DNA from: Camelus ferus | Taxonomy: Eukaryota | Direction of reading: 5' to 3' | Length of the DNA stretch: 64,000 nucleotides | NCBI RefSeq assembly: GCF_009834535.1 | Contig: NC_045702.1 | Coordinates: 5,952,001 to 6,016,000, forward strand | In this document: piece by piece, positions 32,403-44,950 of the stretch | Position numbering within the stretch: the stretch's first letter is position 1 | How the letters are laid out: the number at the start of each line of letters is the position of its first letter | The notes under the pieces: generated by a model | The model's input: the letters and a program-made list of their open reading frames with translations, nothing else | Database searches by the model: none | What the model was told of the DNA's origin: nothing | Program-made: the position numbers and the translations under genes

Positions 32403-33589
32403 CTGCAATGGAAGAGGCCGTCAGGTCAGGGCAGGTGGAACCAGAGCCCTTAGGAGGACTGGCCGGGGCCAGAGAAAGAGCTCCTGGTGCCAGCCTTTTT
32501 TCCGTTGGCCTTTCCGATGCCACCTGAACACAAGGAGGCTGAGGTCTACTTGGGGTGAGAATTGCAAGATGGAAAATAAAAACTCCCAGCGTCACCTTAC
32601 GGGGAGGTCAACCTTGACCATATCCAAGTTACATTATGAATCTTTCCCTTTACCTGTCTTCCTTCTCCATCACCTACTATTTCTCCATCGTAGAGTAGAC
32701 ATGTTGGGAAAAGATACCATACAGGGCTGCATCTGCAGCAACCCACCGTGGAGTGATCTCTGGAATTCAAATTTCACTGGGCAAGGGGAAGGGAGACAGA
32801 AGACAGGGCAAGAAGCACGGAGCCTGTGAGCCATCTCTGAGACTAAGTGAGCAGTTACAATGAGAACGGGGCCTAGCTACACTGAGTTCACTCAAAGACT
32901 GGAGACAGAGGCTTTAAATGCAGCAAGAGAGACTTCAGTTAGACAGAAGAACTCACCAAGTTTTGCAGGAGAGGTGAGGAACTAAACTGGTTTACAAAGT
33001 GAAGCCGTGCAACCTTAGCCCCTCAGATCTTGAAGAACAGAGGCAACACCCATATGCCCAAGCAGCCTTCAGCCAAAGCTAAACCTAACCCAGACCAGGC
33101 CCTATGACCTCTGATCTAAATAAAGCACGCGAAGTTGCTGCCAGAGAAATTAGCATCGAATCCATTCTTTTAACATAACTAAGAACGGTGAATCTGTCCT
33201 GTGCTGGGCACTTGGGTATACAGTGGTGAACAAAACAATTTTCCACCTCAAGGAACTTGTAATCAGGAGACAGAGCACTTTACAACTGAAGATTATATAA
33301 AGCAGAAACTGGTGAATGGTGCAACAGGTACAGAAATCTGCTGGGGGACCTTCAAAAAGCAATGATACCGGCTAAAAATTATTTAACATAATATGTGCCA
33401 TGCATTAAGAATTTTATATACAATATTTCGTGTCATCTTCACAGCAGCCTTAAAAGGCAGGTATCATCACAACCCCCAATTACCTAAGACAAAAGCGAGG
33501 CTTGAAGGGGTGACAAATGCTCAAGGTCACAGCTGGGCAGGAGTAGACAAACTGCACCAGCGCCTAGCCATAGCCTTTACCTTTACTGG

Positions 33590-34130
33590 CGGGAGGAGGT
33601 GCCCGCGGCTGTCTCCACCTTTCTAATGCACGACCGTCTCTACTCTTTGGCCCCGACAGCCTGCCTGCTCCCAGCTCCCGGCTGAACGCGGCCCACTGCA
33701 GACCTGGGAGGAGGAATGGGGCGCCGCGCGTGCCTCGGCCAGTGCTCGCTGCACTGCGGGCCGCCGCCGCCCGGGGGAAGGGGTGGGCCCGGCCGGGGAG
33801 GGGTCCGCAGGGAGGCAAGGCCGCGCGCGATCCTTACCCGCGGTTAGGTCCTTTCGGCACGAACCAGGGCCCGGCGATGCCGATGAGGCCCCAGAACGTG
33901 GTGAAGATGATGACCGGGAGGGCGAAGGAGTGCGCGGTCATGGCCGGGCGAGGGATGCAGGTCAGAGCTGCAGGTGCTCCTGTGCGCGCAGCTCCGGGCA
34001 GGGAAGCAGGCCGAGCATGCGCAGCAGGACCCGGCCTCCCAGAGGAGCGCTTTCAGCCAACTCAACTTGCGCAGGCGCGCCAGCCCGTCACTCAGAGGCG
34101 GGGCCGGGCTTTCAGAGGAGCCAAATATAA
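33590..34130 (-). promoter_or_regulatory. ATP6V0E2: ATP6V0E2 CpG island/promoter
   Basis: CpG-dense; NRF1-like TGCGCAGGCGCG at 34068-34079; GC box at ~34097-34105. Confidence 0.75.
33838..33941 (-). CDS. ATP6V0E2: V-ATPase V0 subunit e2, coding exon 1
   Basis: gccATG; [34 protein letters not shown](G); 104 nt; donor GTAAGG. Confidence 0.97.
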
Positions 34131-34209
34131 TTAGCTTTGATCAATCAGCGCCTCCAGTTTCCAAGTTCCTGATTTACAGGACAGAGGCATGTGTCGAAAT
34201 AAACTCTGC

Positions 34210-34215
34210 TTTATT
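34210..34215 (-). terminator. ZNF862: Putative ZNF862 poly(A) signal AATAAA
   Basis: TTTATT on +, ~2.9 kb downstream of the ZNF862 stop and immediately upstream of the ATP6V0E2 promoter. Confidence 0.65.
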
Positions 34216-35006
34216 CAGATAGCAAAAGGCTGAGAATCCAACATGGTTTTTTAAACCTCATTTGCACATCTTTGAAACCAGAGGAGGAGAGGACATCCCT
34301 GGGCCCATCACCTAGGGTGACCTTGGCTAACAGACACCTGGATGAGGGGAATGGCTAATCTGCACACTGTCCTGCTAAATACTTAGCACCCTAGGAACTC
34401 AACCTGGTCTTCTCCAGAAGCAAAGGGACGAGCAGAACTACACTCAAACATGTCTGGCTAGGACAGGGCTGAGGCCTCTCCCTCCAGCCTGGTCTTTGGC
34501 TGTTGAACTCAAACTGTCAGTTATAATGCTGGTCATTCAGAACGCTGGGCCCTGTGGGCATCAGTCTAGAGATTACAGGTAGAGGATGAGGGTGGACACC
34601 AAAGGCAGTTCGCTCCTATTCCCAGTGCCCTTCAGCCTGTTTTCTTTGTGAGGCAAAACAGGAAGGCTCTCCAGGCCGTAGGGTCTGAAACACAGCAAGT
34701 CTCTTAAAACAAAACAAAGAGGCCAACCCTGGCAAAAGGTCTCACCACACTTCAGCCTTGAGGTCCTGCACAAAATCATCAGTCATCCTCTCTGCCATTA
34801 GCTAACAGAGGGGATCCAGGGCATGCCTGTGCCCCTGGAGAAACCTGGGTAGTGCAAATCCTTATGAAATAGTATTTTCAGTCACCCCCTCCAAGGGGCC
34901 CAACTTTTTCACAAGCTGGCATTAGAGGCTTCCTCAGGGCCCAGATGTGGAGGGGCAGGGTGCATCCCTACATGGGCCCCACCTCCATGCCTAGACCTGG
35001 GTAGGA

Positions 35007-35008
<2 letters not shown>

Positions 35009-35044
<36 letters not shown>
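35009..35044. repeat. (TG)18 microsatellite in the ZNF862 3'UTR region
   Basis: Read directly. Confidence 0.97.
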
Positions 35045-35046
<2 letters not shown>

Positions 35047-37123
35047 TAGAACTCACACAGCATTGCTTGTGACCTTGATCTAAGGATTCTTAAAGGAGGG
35101 AAGAAGCCACAGGAATGAGGCCAGCTAGAAAGTCACCTCAATTTGAATCCCTATGGATAGGGTGTAGGTTATAACCCCTACTTTAAAGGGTCCTTCTTTC
35201 TTCCACCCCACCATTTGCACCTGTAGCACCTGGCGTAGTACAGAGTTCTAAACTCCCCGTAGAAACCTATGTGAATAGGGGAGAGAGGCCTGGACTCCAT
35301 CTTGGCTGTATGGACCACCAGAGCTCCAGCTCCAAGGGCCCGTGGTACCCCTCAGGCCCCAGGACCAGGGGCTGGCAGGGAGATAGTTCCACAAGGTAAA
35401 AGGCAGAAAGTGAGAACAGAATTCTGGCTTGAAGCTGAAGAAAACAGGAAAGCAATGGCGCTAAGGCTAAGTGCTCCGGGGGAGAAGGGGAGGGAGAGTC
35501 AGAAAACACCGGGAACCAGGGATTCTGCCCCACAGTGAGACACTCTGATACCAGCATCTCAGGGGCTCTCAGCAACTTCTAGAGATGGGAAGTGGACAGA
35601 CCACTGGTTGACCTGCAGCGTAGAGCAGGGAGCTGGACGGCAAGGCCAGGACAGAGCACTACTTCCAGCCTGTCTAACACAAGAGGGAGGCAGCGGCACA
35701 GAAGGCCTTCCCTCTAACCCCACTTCATTTCCCACCTGTGGTTAGGAAGGCGGGACCCAGACACTACATCATCCCCAGCCAGGTAAGCAGCCTAGGAGCC
35801 TACCCCAAAGCAGCCTCCCTGGAGGGAAAAGTGCTTTACTTCAGGGAGGAAGGAGAAATGGGAGAGGGCAACAGGAACCAGACAGTGTGGGACACCCTTC
35901 TGTGCCTCCAGGGTAGTGATTCTCAAGCTTGAGTGAGCCCAAGAAGTTCCTGGGGGGCCTGGCTGAAAATAGCCAGTCACTGAGCCCTGGTGCCTGGGAT
36001 CCGATCAGGCAGGTCTGGGTGGAGCATATTTAAACAAACACCTCTACTGACTTCCAAGCTGGTCCCCACAGCAACCCTGGGAAGCATGAACTAGACCATG
36101 ATGCTGACGGCATGTTTAGAGAGCACTTCTTCCCACAAGGACGTCGGTGGCGAGGGACAAGGACAAGGGCTGAAGGCAGCCCAGTGCCCTCTGCAGCCCG
36201 AGGTGTGTTTGAGACCTTCCTGAGCCCTACAGCAGCCTGGGCACTTGGAGTCTCTGCTGCCACTTCATGGACAGGGAAACGGAGGCACAGAAATCATGGT
36301 TGAACCACTGCCTGCAGCAGAGTTGGGACTGGAGCCCAAGCCTCCCCAGTACACACTTGTCCTGTCTGCTCTGCTCCGTACAAAACCCGAGCTCAGCGTG
36401 CTACAAGGCTGTGACTGGAGGGACGTGGCAGGCTCCCTCCTGGGAAACACTCCTCCCATTCTGGAGCTGCAAGGGGATAATCTTTCTCGAGTGCTCTGTG
36501 CAAAGGGGTTCTGCTTGCCTCACCCTACAGGAAGGCCCTGGGAGGAGGTAGAGAAATTCTCTGATGTCTCCCATTTGAAGTTGAAGCTTCCTGGCTTCTG
36601 CCATGGAGCCATGGTGACAGATCCAGGCCAGCTCCCCCTGGACCTGGTCATCCTCTATCCCTTACCACATGCCTTCTCCATGCCTCTGGGGCGGCGAGCG
36701 GCCTCCTGGAACGCTCCCTAACTATCTAGGGGCTTAAGCCCTGCCCCTAACCATCTCTCCCACCTCAGAAAAGTCCTCTGGCCACCAGAACATGGGGCAA
36801 AATCTTCCATGATGGGATTATTTCCTGAAGCACCTTAAAAATGAGCTTGAGATAAGAACCTTTCTGCGTATTAAGTGCTGTGAGGTTGCAGCTCTGCTAA
36901 GGGAAGGGCCTTGGCGAACAGGCTGCATGCCTCCTGCCTCTCTGAGATGTGGGCTTAACTATCTTCTCACTGCCCACCTCCTGGTGCTTAGAGTCCCCAC
37001 CAAATGAAGATTCTGTGGCAGCCAAGACTCTCAGAGGGCCTGTCATCGTGATCACAAGGGCCAGGGCAGCATGGGGGTCTCCAAGGCGATCCCTACGATG
37101 CCTGCTTCGACCAGAGCTCTTGA

Positions 37124-37299
37124 TCAGGACAGTGTGGGGGCCTCTTGGCCGGGATGGGAACCCAGGAGTCTGTTGGGAGGGTCCAGGATGCAGTCCTTCA
37201 GGATCTCCACTGGTCCCCTATAGGACGGAATGGGCGGCTTCTGGGTCACGGCCTCCTCCACACAGAGTGCTCCCATCTTCTCTTTCCTGAGCCCAGCCC
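37124..37299 (-). CDS. ZNF862: ZNF862 coding exon 8 (C-terminus, stop)
   Basis: (R)[60 protein letters not shown], colinear with the human C-terminus as I recall it; acceptor ...cctgcatGAG. Confidence 0.85.
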
Positions 37300-37489
37300 C
37301 TCATGCAGGAGGAAAGGGAACGCACAATCAGACAGAGGAAACAGATTAGATGATAACCACTCCCCACATCCAGCTGTGCCCCAAGGTACGTTTGGTGAAA
37401 ACATCATGGCAGAAGAGGCCGGAGACAGGACAACGGCTACTCTTGGCAGGCCTGACCTATTCCCACTCTGCGGGCTCTTCCACCCAGGA

Positions 37490-37712
37490 CAGCGGATCTC
37501 ACTGGGGGTGATTCTGCCCACCAGGGGACATTCGGCAGTGTCCGGAGACATCTTTGCTTGCTCCAACTGGGAGGGTGCTACGGGTATCCAGTGAGTATGT
37601 AGTGGGAAGGGCCAGGGACGGCCAGGCTAAAGCTCCCGCAGTGCACAGGATGGGCCCCCACAATGAAGTTATCTGACCCCGAATGTCAACAGAGCTGAGG
37701 ATGAGAAACTGC
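37490..37712 (+). mobile_element. MER20-like hAT-Charlie MITE in ZNF862 intron 7
   Basis: GGGGGTGATTCTGCCCACCAGGGGACATTCGGCAGTGTCCGGAGACATC...GAATGTCAACAGAGCTGAGGATGAGAAAC. Confidence 0.8.
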
Positions 37713-38931
37713 CTGCGAAGGAAGGCTTTATTGTCTAAAATCTGGTAGTGTTCTCTGTTTGCTTCAGATTTACTAGTCCCACTGTCCCTGTGATTACAAC
37801 CCGCCAAAGGACCCGCCCGGTGGCATCTTCTCCTTCATCCCCATGGGCTGGGCACAGAAAGCAACTCACTCAGCAAATGGACGGGTGAAGGAGCCTTGTC
37901 TTGGAATCACCCTCCCTTCTTCTCTCCACTTCTACGGACCCCCCTCCACCCACCGCTCAGCAGCAGGTCCGGGGCCAGCCTACTTCCTACAGAGCCTCTG
38001 TCAACCCTGAGGCCAGTCCACTGCTGACGACCACAGACTCCGAGGGAAAATGAGAGCAGAGCAATAGGAACAGCTATCAGAAGACATCCAGAGAGAAAAG
38101 TCCTGGCTCGGTCACTGTTCAGTAAGACAGGAATAGCCTGGAGACGCTCTTTGATTTTCTTTGGTGTTCAGTGACTGCTTGAAAAGAGGAACCTTTCTTG
38201 CTTAAGACGTTCAGTGACTTGCCCTCCAGTATAATATTGCTTCCTCTTCAAGCCTAGTCCCCCCCCGCCCCGGCCCTCCGAGCTAGTGAGGTGGTTCTCC
38301 CCACTGACTCCTCCTCTGCCTGAAACACCCCGAACTTCTCCTCCGCTGGTACCTTCCTCGCAGCCCCTCAGACCTGCACTGACCTCTTCTCTCAACAGAA
38401 TCTACACACCCCCACCGGGAATGTAGTATCTCTGCCCTAATGTGTCCAGTCCTCCCATCATTTCCGGTGGTGGCCTTCACCTTTTAAGAGTGCCATCGGC
38501 ACTACCTGCCAGACATTGTTCTGAGCACTTCACAGCTCTTCACTCACTTTACAGATGAAAAACCAAAGCACAAAGAGATGAAGCTGCCCGAGGTCACATG
38601 CTAGTCAGCGGCAGGACTGGAGCTTGAACCTCGGCCAACTTGCTTGGAAATTCCTGCTCTATGCGCTCTGCCCTGCTGCCTGCAGTGTGTATGTCCTGCC
38701 TCTCCAGCTCAGTCATAAGCTCCTCGAGGATAGGTGTGCCGTCTCAAGCACCCACTGGTCTAGCAAAGGGCTGGGTACACTGTGGAAGCTCAGCGGACAC
38801 CTTGGACCAGGCCTAGTGCGATGGCTGACTTCATCAGACGCTACCAGGCTTCGCACTCAGCATGGGATTGGGGAGGTAGGATCTCTTCCTTTGCTTTCCC
38901 ACATCCAGGGGCTCCACCACGGGTTACTTAC

Positions 38932-41049
38932 TTGTGTGGGAGCGGGGTGGCACTTGTGCACAGGTGTAGACATGGCTGAAACGCCGGCCTGAGGAAGTCA
39001 GGTACCAGTGCTGGATGGCGGGCTGGGGGTCATACTCTGTGACTGCCACGCCATTCACCGCTGTCATCATGAGCATGTTGATCACCTCGTTGGAGAGCTT
39101 GGTCCTCTCATCGGTCCTGATCCGGTTCATGGCACTGAATCCCCGCTCACAGCAGGAGGTGGAGATGGGCACGCAGACCACCACAGCTATGAGCCTGCTC
39201 AGCAAGGGGAAGTGGCAGTGCTGGGCCAGGGCGTTCTTGCACAGCATGGAGAAAGGGAGGTTCTTGGCAATGGCCTTCAGGCCCAGCCACTCCTCCAGGA
39301 GTGCTTCCTCACTGTATCCTGGGGGGAGCGAGAGCTCAAAATACCTGGCTAGGGTGAGAATATCATCATTTCCAAAACTGGCAAGTTCCACGCCACTTGG
39401 CCAGGCCATGGTGTCAAACACCTCCATGTTCTTGAGCTGCAGGGGACGGTCCCTGTCAAACCTTTGCTGGAGGTATTCAATCCCTGTCAGGATCATTCTT
39501 TCCCTGTCCGCCTGGAACCGCTGTTCTGCCATTTCCATTTGGTCCAAGAAGATGCCGTGAAGCCGCCCATCCCTGAAGCTGGCATTGAACTCTTCCTCCT
39601 TGGGTCCTGCCTGGTGACGGAGGGTCTCCAGTGCTCCATAGGCCCGCCCCAGCGCAGAGTTCACCTCCGTAATCAGCACCATCTCCTTCTGGCACACCTC
39701 GGACAGGGGCCTATAGATGCTCAGGAAGTCCAAGAGGAAGTGGCAGAACTTGATGAAGTGGAAGCTCTTCACCAGCTTCAGCATGCCCCTGGCCCGGTGC
39801 CCGACCTGGCCTCCTGCATCCGCCACGCTCTGGAGGTGCCCGGCCAGGGTGGGCCAGCTTGCAACGAGTGCGTGCAGGGTGCGCCTCTTGCTGGCCACCC
39901 ACCTGACAGCGTTCAGGTCCTTCAGGCGGATGATTTCCTGCTCCAGCAGAGCCGCGCCCGCCTGCAGCTCATTCAGTCTTTTGTTCGAGGACTGATAAAA
40001 TTTGAAGACGGTCCGGATGTGCCGGTCACACTTCTTGACCAGGTCAATGCCCCCACAGGCGTCTACCACGGCCAGGTGTAGCCGGTGGGCCACACAGTGC
40101 ACCGGCAGCAGCTGGGGTATGATCTCCTGGAACTTCTCCACCAGGCCTCCTCCGCAGCTCAGCATGGCTGAGCCATCGGTTCCCAGGCCCACCACCCAGC
40201 CAGGCTTCCGGAAGGGGATGTCCAGTTCATCCAGGGCAGAGATGATGGTCTCAAAGTATCCATCCGCTGTCTCGCTGTAGAGTGGGGCCAGGGTGATGTA
40301 AGACTCTTTCACCTCCACCCCCTTAAAGTAGCGGACGTAAATGCCCACACAGGACTGGTCGAAGGCGTCTGTGGAGCTGTCCAGCAACACGCTCACACAC
40401 GGGGAGTTCCGGACATCCTGGAGGATCTCCTTCTTCAGAGTCTCAGAGATGTATTTGATGAACTGAGTGCAGGCGGTGCGATTTCGGTACTTGCCCAAAA
40501 TCATGGTCCCGGTGCTTTGAAGGAGTTGCAGGATCTTCTCAAAGTCGTTCAGGGGCCTCGAGTGGTATGCGATGGAGTAAGCGGCATTGAAAAAATGTTC
40601 CATGTTGGCCATCAGGTCACTGGAGATCTCAGGGACTAGGGCAGCCTGTGGGGAATCTTCCTTGACTTCCACAGTGTTGACACAGAGCTTGTGTGCTTTG
40701 CTAACTTCATGGTACTTCAAAGTCTCCACTTTGAAAGGGCCCGTGTAACCTCGGACTAACCGGGATGATTTGTCGTGGAGACTGGGTCTTTCTTTGCAAG
40801 CTGAGCAGAAGAGCTTGCTCTCTTTTGGGTCAATTACTAACCACGGGAACTGCCCAAACCACGACCTCTGAATTGAGCGGGGTCTGTACGTCCTCTTGAT
40901 TTTCCTTTGTCCGTCTACTTGTACTTCACAAAGGCTGGGACCACAGTAGCGGGTGCACATCTCCACAGAAGGAGCTGGAAGCAATGCAGATTCTCCAGCC
41001 GGGGCCTGTGTGTGTGCCTCACTTACAGCCACCATCTTCTTCTTTTTCC
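38932..41049 (-). CDS. ZNF862: ZNF862 coding exon 7: TTF-type zinc finger 2 + Buster-type hAT transposase core + hATC dimerisation domain
   Basis: 2118 nt open; SWFGQFPWL...FCSAC...KYHEVSKAH; [31 protein letters not shown]; cccaAG / GTAAGT. Confidence 0.96.
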
Positions 41050-41746
41050 CTTGGGAGCAAATCAAATTGCGCTTGGTTTTGCTGCCCAGAACTCTGCAGC
41101 CTCCTATCAGCTAAGACATCCCAATTCAGTAAGTACTCCTTATGCAAAGCAGAGAAGATGAATGTGATCTGCCTTTCTAGAAATCACTAGTGGCTTCTAT
41201 TTAAAACCTTCCCCGCTGTTTTCTATGAAATGCAGTCTGGCTCCCTAAGAGTTGTTTGCTAATTCCTGTGGATTCTTCAGCCAGCCTCCCCATCTCTAGC
41301 CACACAGCTACTCTGGGATCATGTGACATCAGATGCTAATAAGCTTAATTAACTACCTTGGCCATACATGCTATTGGATGGTTTTAATCCTCCTTCAAGG
41401 CACCACAAAAAATAAGGTTAAATGTTCATAAGTCTTGTGAGCCTTAGAAACAAGGGGGCACAAAAGTATACACCGTAGCCAGCAGCCAGTCAGTTACTGA
41501 CTGAGATGTGCAAAACAGCCGACTCTCACAGACCAACGGTGTCGTCACTAAATACCAGAGGAGCGGGGAGAAGGGAGGACAGGCTCGCAGGCCTGTGGGT
41601 CACATGGCCCCTCATGACCAGTATCTACCATGTTCCTCCCCCATCAGCTCTACCACAGCCCCAGTTTCACTTCCGCTCATCAAAGCTCCCTATTTTCCTA
41701 AACTGTCCCAGTTTCTCAGGCTACTCTACACTATGAGGCAGGGTTA

Positions 41747-41782
41747 GTTTCTTACTCAATTTCTTACTCAGTTTCTTACTCA
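41747..41782. repeat. 12-bp tandem triplication (RTTTCTTACTCA)3
   Basis: gtttcttactca atttcttactca gtttcttactca read directly. Confidence 0.9.
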
Positions 41783-41894
41783 ATACAGGGCCTGGTGTAC
41801 AACAGGTCCAGCGTGATGAGGGCTGAACTAACACTGTGTGACTTGCCCTCGCTGCCTGGGCGCCTGGACATAGCCTTCGGAATTCAGCAGGTCA

Positions 41895-42026
<132 letters not shown>

Positions 42027-43599
42027 TCACACTGATGTCAGTGCTCTGGACAAGCAGCCCACCTGAAATATTCAGGGATGCCTCTGGGGCTATTTCTTAA
42101 TAGCATCTATTCAGCCAGGGGCACGATGAAAGCATACCCATCTAGGGTGCCAATTTATTCTTAAAACCCAAAGAGACATCCAGATGAGGGTGTACCCCTT
42201 AGCTAGGATAAATAACTTCCTTAACCCCACGGTCAGCCACAGGAGCCATGAGTCAGCTAAACACATCCAGAGGGAAAGTGTGACAACGGGAAGAAATACA
42301 GAGGACAAAATAGAAGGAGAGAAGACAGGGATGATAAAGAAAGCCACACAAGAGGTGGGCGAGGGCCACCAACAACTGTCCCCTGCGTGTGCCAACAGCA
42401 GCACCCACAGCGACACCCACAGCTGGCCTTGGTGCAAGCGGCTAACTACACAGGGCCCTTGAAAGACCTCTTAACAATGTCTACCACCTGCAGTGGAGCC
42501 TGAAACCCAACTGAAAGAGTTTCATGTCTTTGGGTTAAGCACTGCCCTTTACTGAAAATACGAATATTTTTCAGGGGCATGCAAAGAAATCACTTTCCCG
42601 ATTTAAAAGAAAATCCATTCATCTCTACTTACATGCTTTTGTATGTATCTATGTGAATGTGTGTAGGAACTTTCTTTGGAAGCATATATACAAGCAACTG
42701 CTAGCTGTGGGTGCTTCTGTGGAGGGACTGAAGAACAAGGTAAGAAGGAGACTTTTTTCACTATTCATCTTTGGATCACTTGAATATGTTTGTATTTTCA
42801 TGTGTGTGTATGAATAAACATATTTACTACTAATAACAATATAATAAATTATTAAACTGTGGTAGATTGAACCCATATCCTTCTTCAAATATCTCTAAAA
42901 TGAGGGCAAAGAAATAATAATAATAAGCCCAAGAGAAATGCTGGATTAGAAATGTTAGTATCTTTTTAGAAGAAGGAAAGGAGATAAAAGAGAACTTACA
43001 GAGCTGAACACCAAATGCCAGCAGAGAGGGTAACAAGGAGAAGGAAGTGACCTTGACCCCAGAATCTCCAAAAAGCCAGGACCTGGAGGCACCAGGTGTG
43101 GCAGAAGGTGGTGGGTAAGGAGGCGTGGACACAGGGCTTAAGGTCTGCAGAGACCAGTTTGATCCCAGGTCCTCTCACTTATTCCAGGAAACCAGGAAAC
43201 ACCACCACCCTCCCTTTAGGAGGAGATTCGCCTACAGAAAAACTTAACCAGAAAGGTTCTGGGCCCTGGGACAGTGGGGCTGGTGAAAGATGAAAGAGAA
43301 AGGCTGCGATGCAAACAGATGAAGATGGTCTGCAGACCAGAAGCTCTGAGAATATGGACTCGGGGTACAGCCAAGCAGGAGATGGGAAGTTTTCTTTGGA
43401 GAAATGGAATTGCCCCTCCCTACCCTCTTCCCCCAAAGACCTACAGATTTACTCTTTGGAGGGCCTTTCCATGAGATCTCCAAGGTTCATAGCTGGTCAC
43501 GCTGCAGGGTTGCCCACTCCTTAGTAAGTCCCAGCCATGCACACAGAGCTCCTAGCCAGTTTTCAAGTCTTTACTCTTAAATATGAATGAATCTAAAGA

Positions 43600-44950
43600 T
43601 TTTATTTAAGACAAACTGCTAACATAAAACAAGGAGGAAGAAGGATTGAAGGAACTAGAGATACTGAAGGGAGCAAAACAAAACTTCACCCCCTTCTCCC
43701 AACTAGAATAATCTCAGAGAGAACAGTCATGACAGTTACCCATGAAAAGAGCAGCAGAGCTCTTAGACTAAAAATATGACAGAAGAAATTGCTGAAAATT
43801 AAATAGAATTATTAGAAAATAAAATTGGAGGAAATCTCCAGGAATGTAAAACAAAAAAAGACAGAAGCAGAAAATAGGAGAAAAAAAGAAAAACAAAACC
43901 AGAGGCTCGATTTAGGAAGTCTGATATCTAACTAATAGGACTTTTCAGAAGAAAGAAAAGAGAAAATAGAAAGGAAGACGTAATACAAGAATGTTTCCCC
44001 AAACTGGAAAATGTAAGTTTCCACATGGAAGGGAAGCACCAGATACCCAGAACAAAAGGTAAAGAAAGCCCTGTCATTAAGCACTAACACTGGAATAGAC
44101 CTTAAAACCTTTCAGAGTGGGAAAACAGGCTGTGTCAAAGATTTAGGAATAAAAAGGCATTTAGACTTCTCAACAGCACCTGTAAACCTAAAAGCAATGC
44201 TTTCAAAATGCTGAGGAAAATCCTTTCCAACCTGGAATTCTATACCCAACCAAGTTATCAATTGTGAGAGCAGAACAAGGGCATTTTTAGATATGCAGTC
44301 TTTTAAAAAGTTCCTCCCATGCACCTTTCTTAGGAAGTTACTGAAGGATGTGCCCAGCAAAATGAAGACATAAACCTAAAAGAAGCAATAGGTCCAGGAA
44401 ATAGGAAAGAGACAAAGCAAAGTCTGAGACCACAGCTATGCAGCAGGCCTAAAGAATAACTAGTTTAGAGACAACAGAGGAATGGAAAACCCAAGGACAG
44501 AAGTTTCCAGAAAAAAAAAAATACTAAAACCAGTAAGTCACAGGATGTTTGATTATGTGGAAAAGACTCTTCAGAGGAGCTGTTTAATTTCATGGGGGAG
44601 TTTGAGGACAACTGGTGATAGTATAGAAAACTAGGAAAATTAAAAATTAAAAAATTTCAATTCTGGGCGGGAAAATCGTACAATGAAGGAAACATCATCA
44701 CAATATGCCACTTTGATTAGAAGTAAATAATACATAATCATAATCAGGTAAATAATTTACATTGAATTAACCAAAAAAGTATGATATACCTGTTCTGAGA
44801 GGATGGAGGGAAGAGAGGTGGGGGCCTGGGGTGAAGTAAGAGGGCCATATCTTCATCCTCCACAGTAGGAATCAATAGATAATATCTAAAATCAATAAAT
44901 CAGGAATAGCAATAAACATATGCAACAGATATTAAAGTGTGATTCTGTCT
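43600..44950 (+). mobile_element. Degenerate LINE-1/HAL1 ORF1-region remnant
   Basis: A-rich; AATGCTTTCAAAATGCTGAGG...TTCCAACCTGGAATTCTATACCCAACCAAGTTATCA (L1 ORF1 C-terminal FQPRILYPAKLS-like). Confidence 0.6.

Noticed and set aside
38168-38395. Minus ORF containing SAGLR as a candidate ZNF862 last exon
   Set aside because: No acceptor AG with a pyrimidine tract in the right phase; the true colinear exon is 37124-37299.
39008-40280. Several plus-strand ORFs of 90-205 aa over ZNF862 exon 7
   Set aside because: Antisense shadows of a GC3-rich coding exon.
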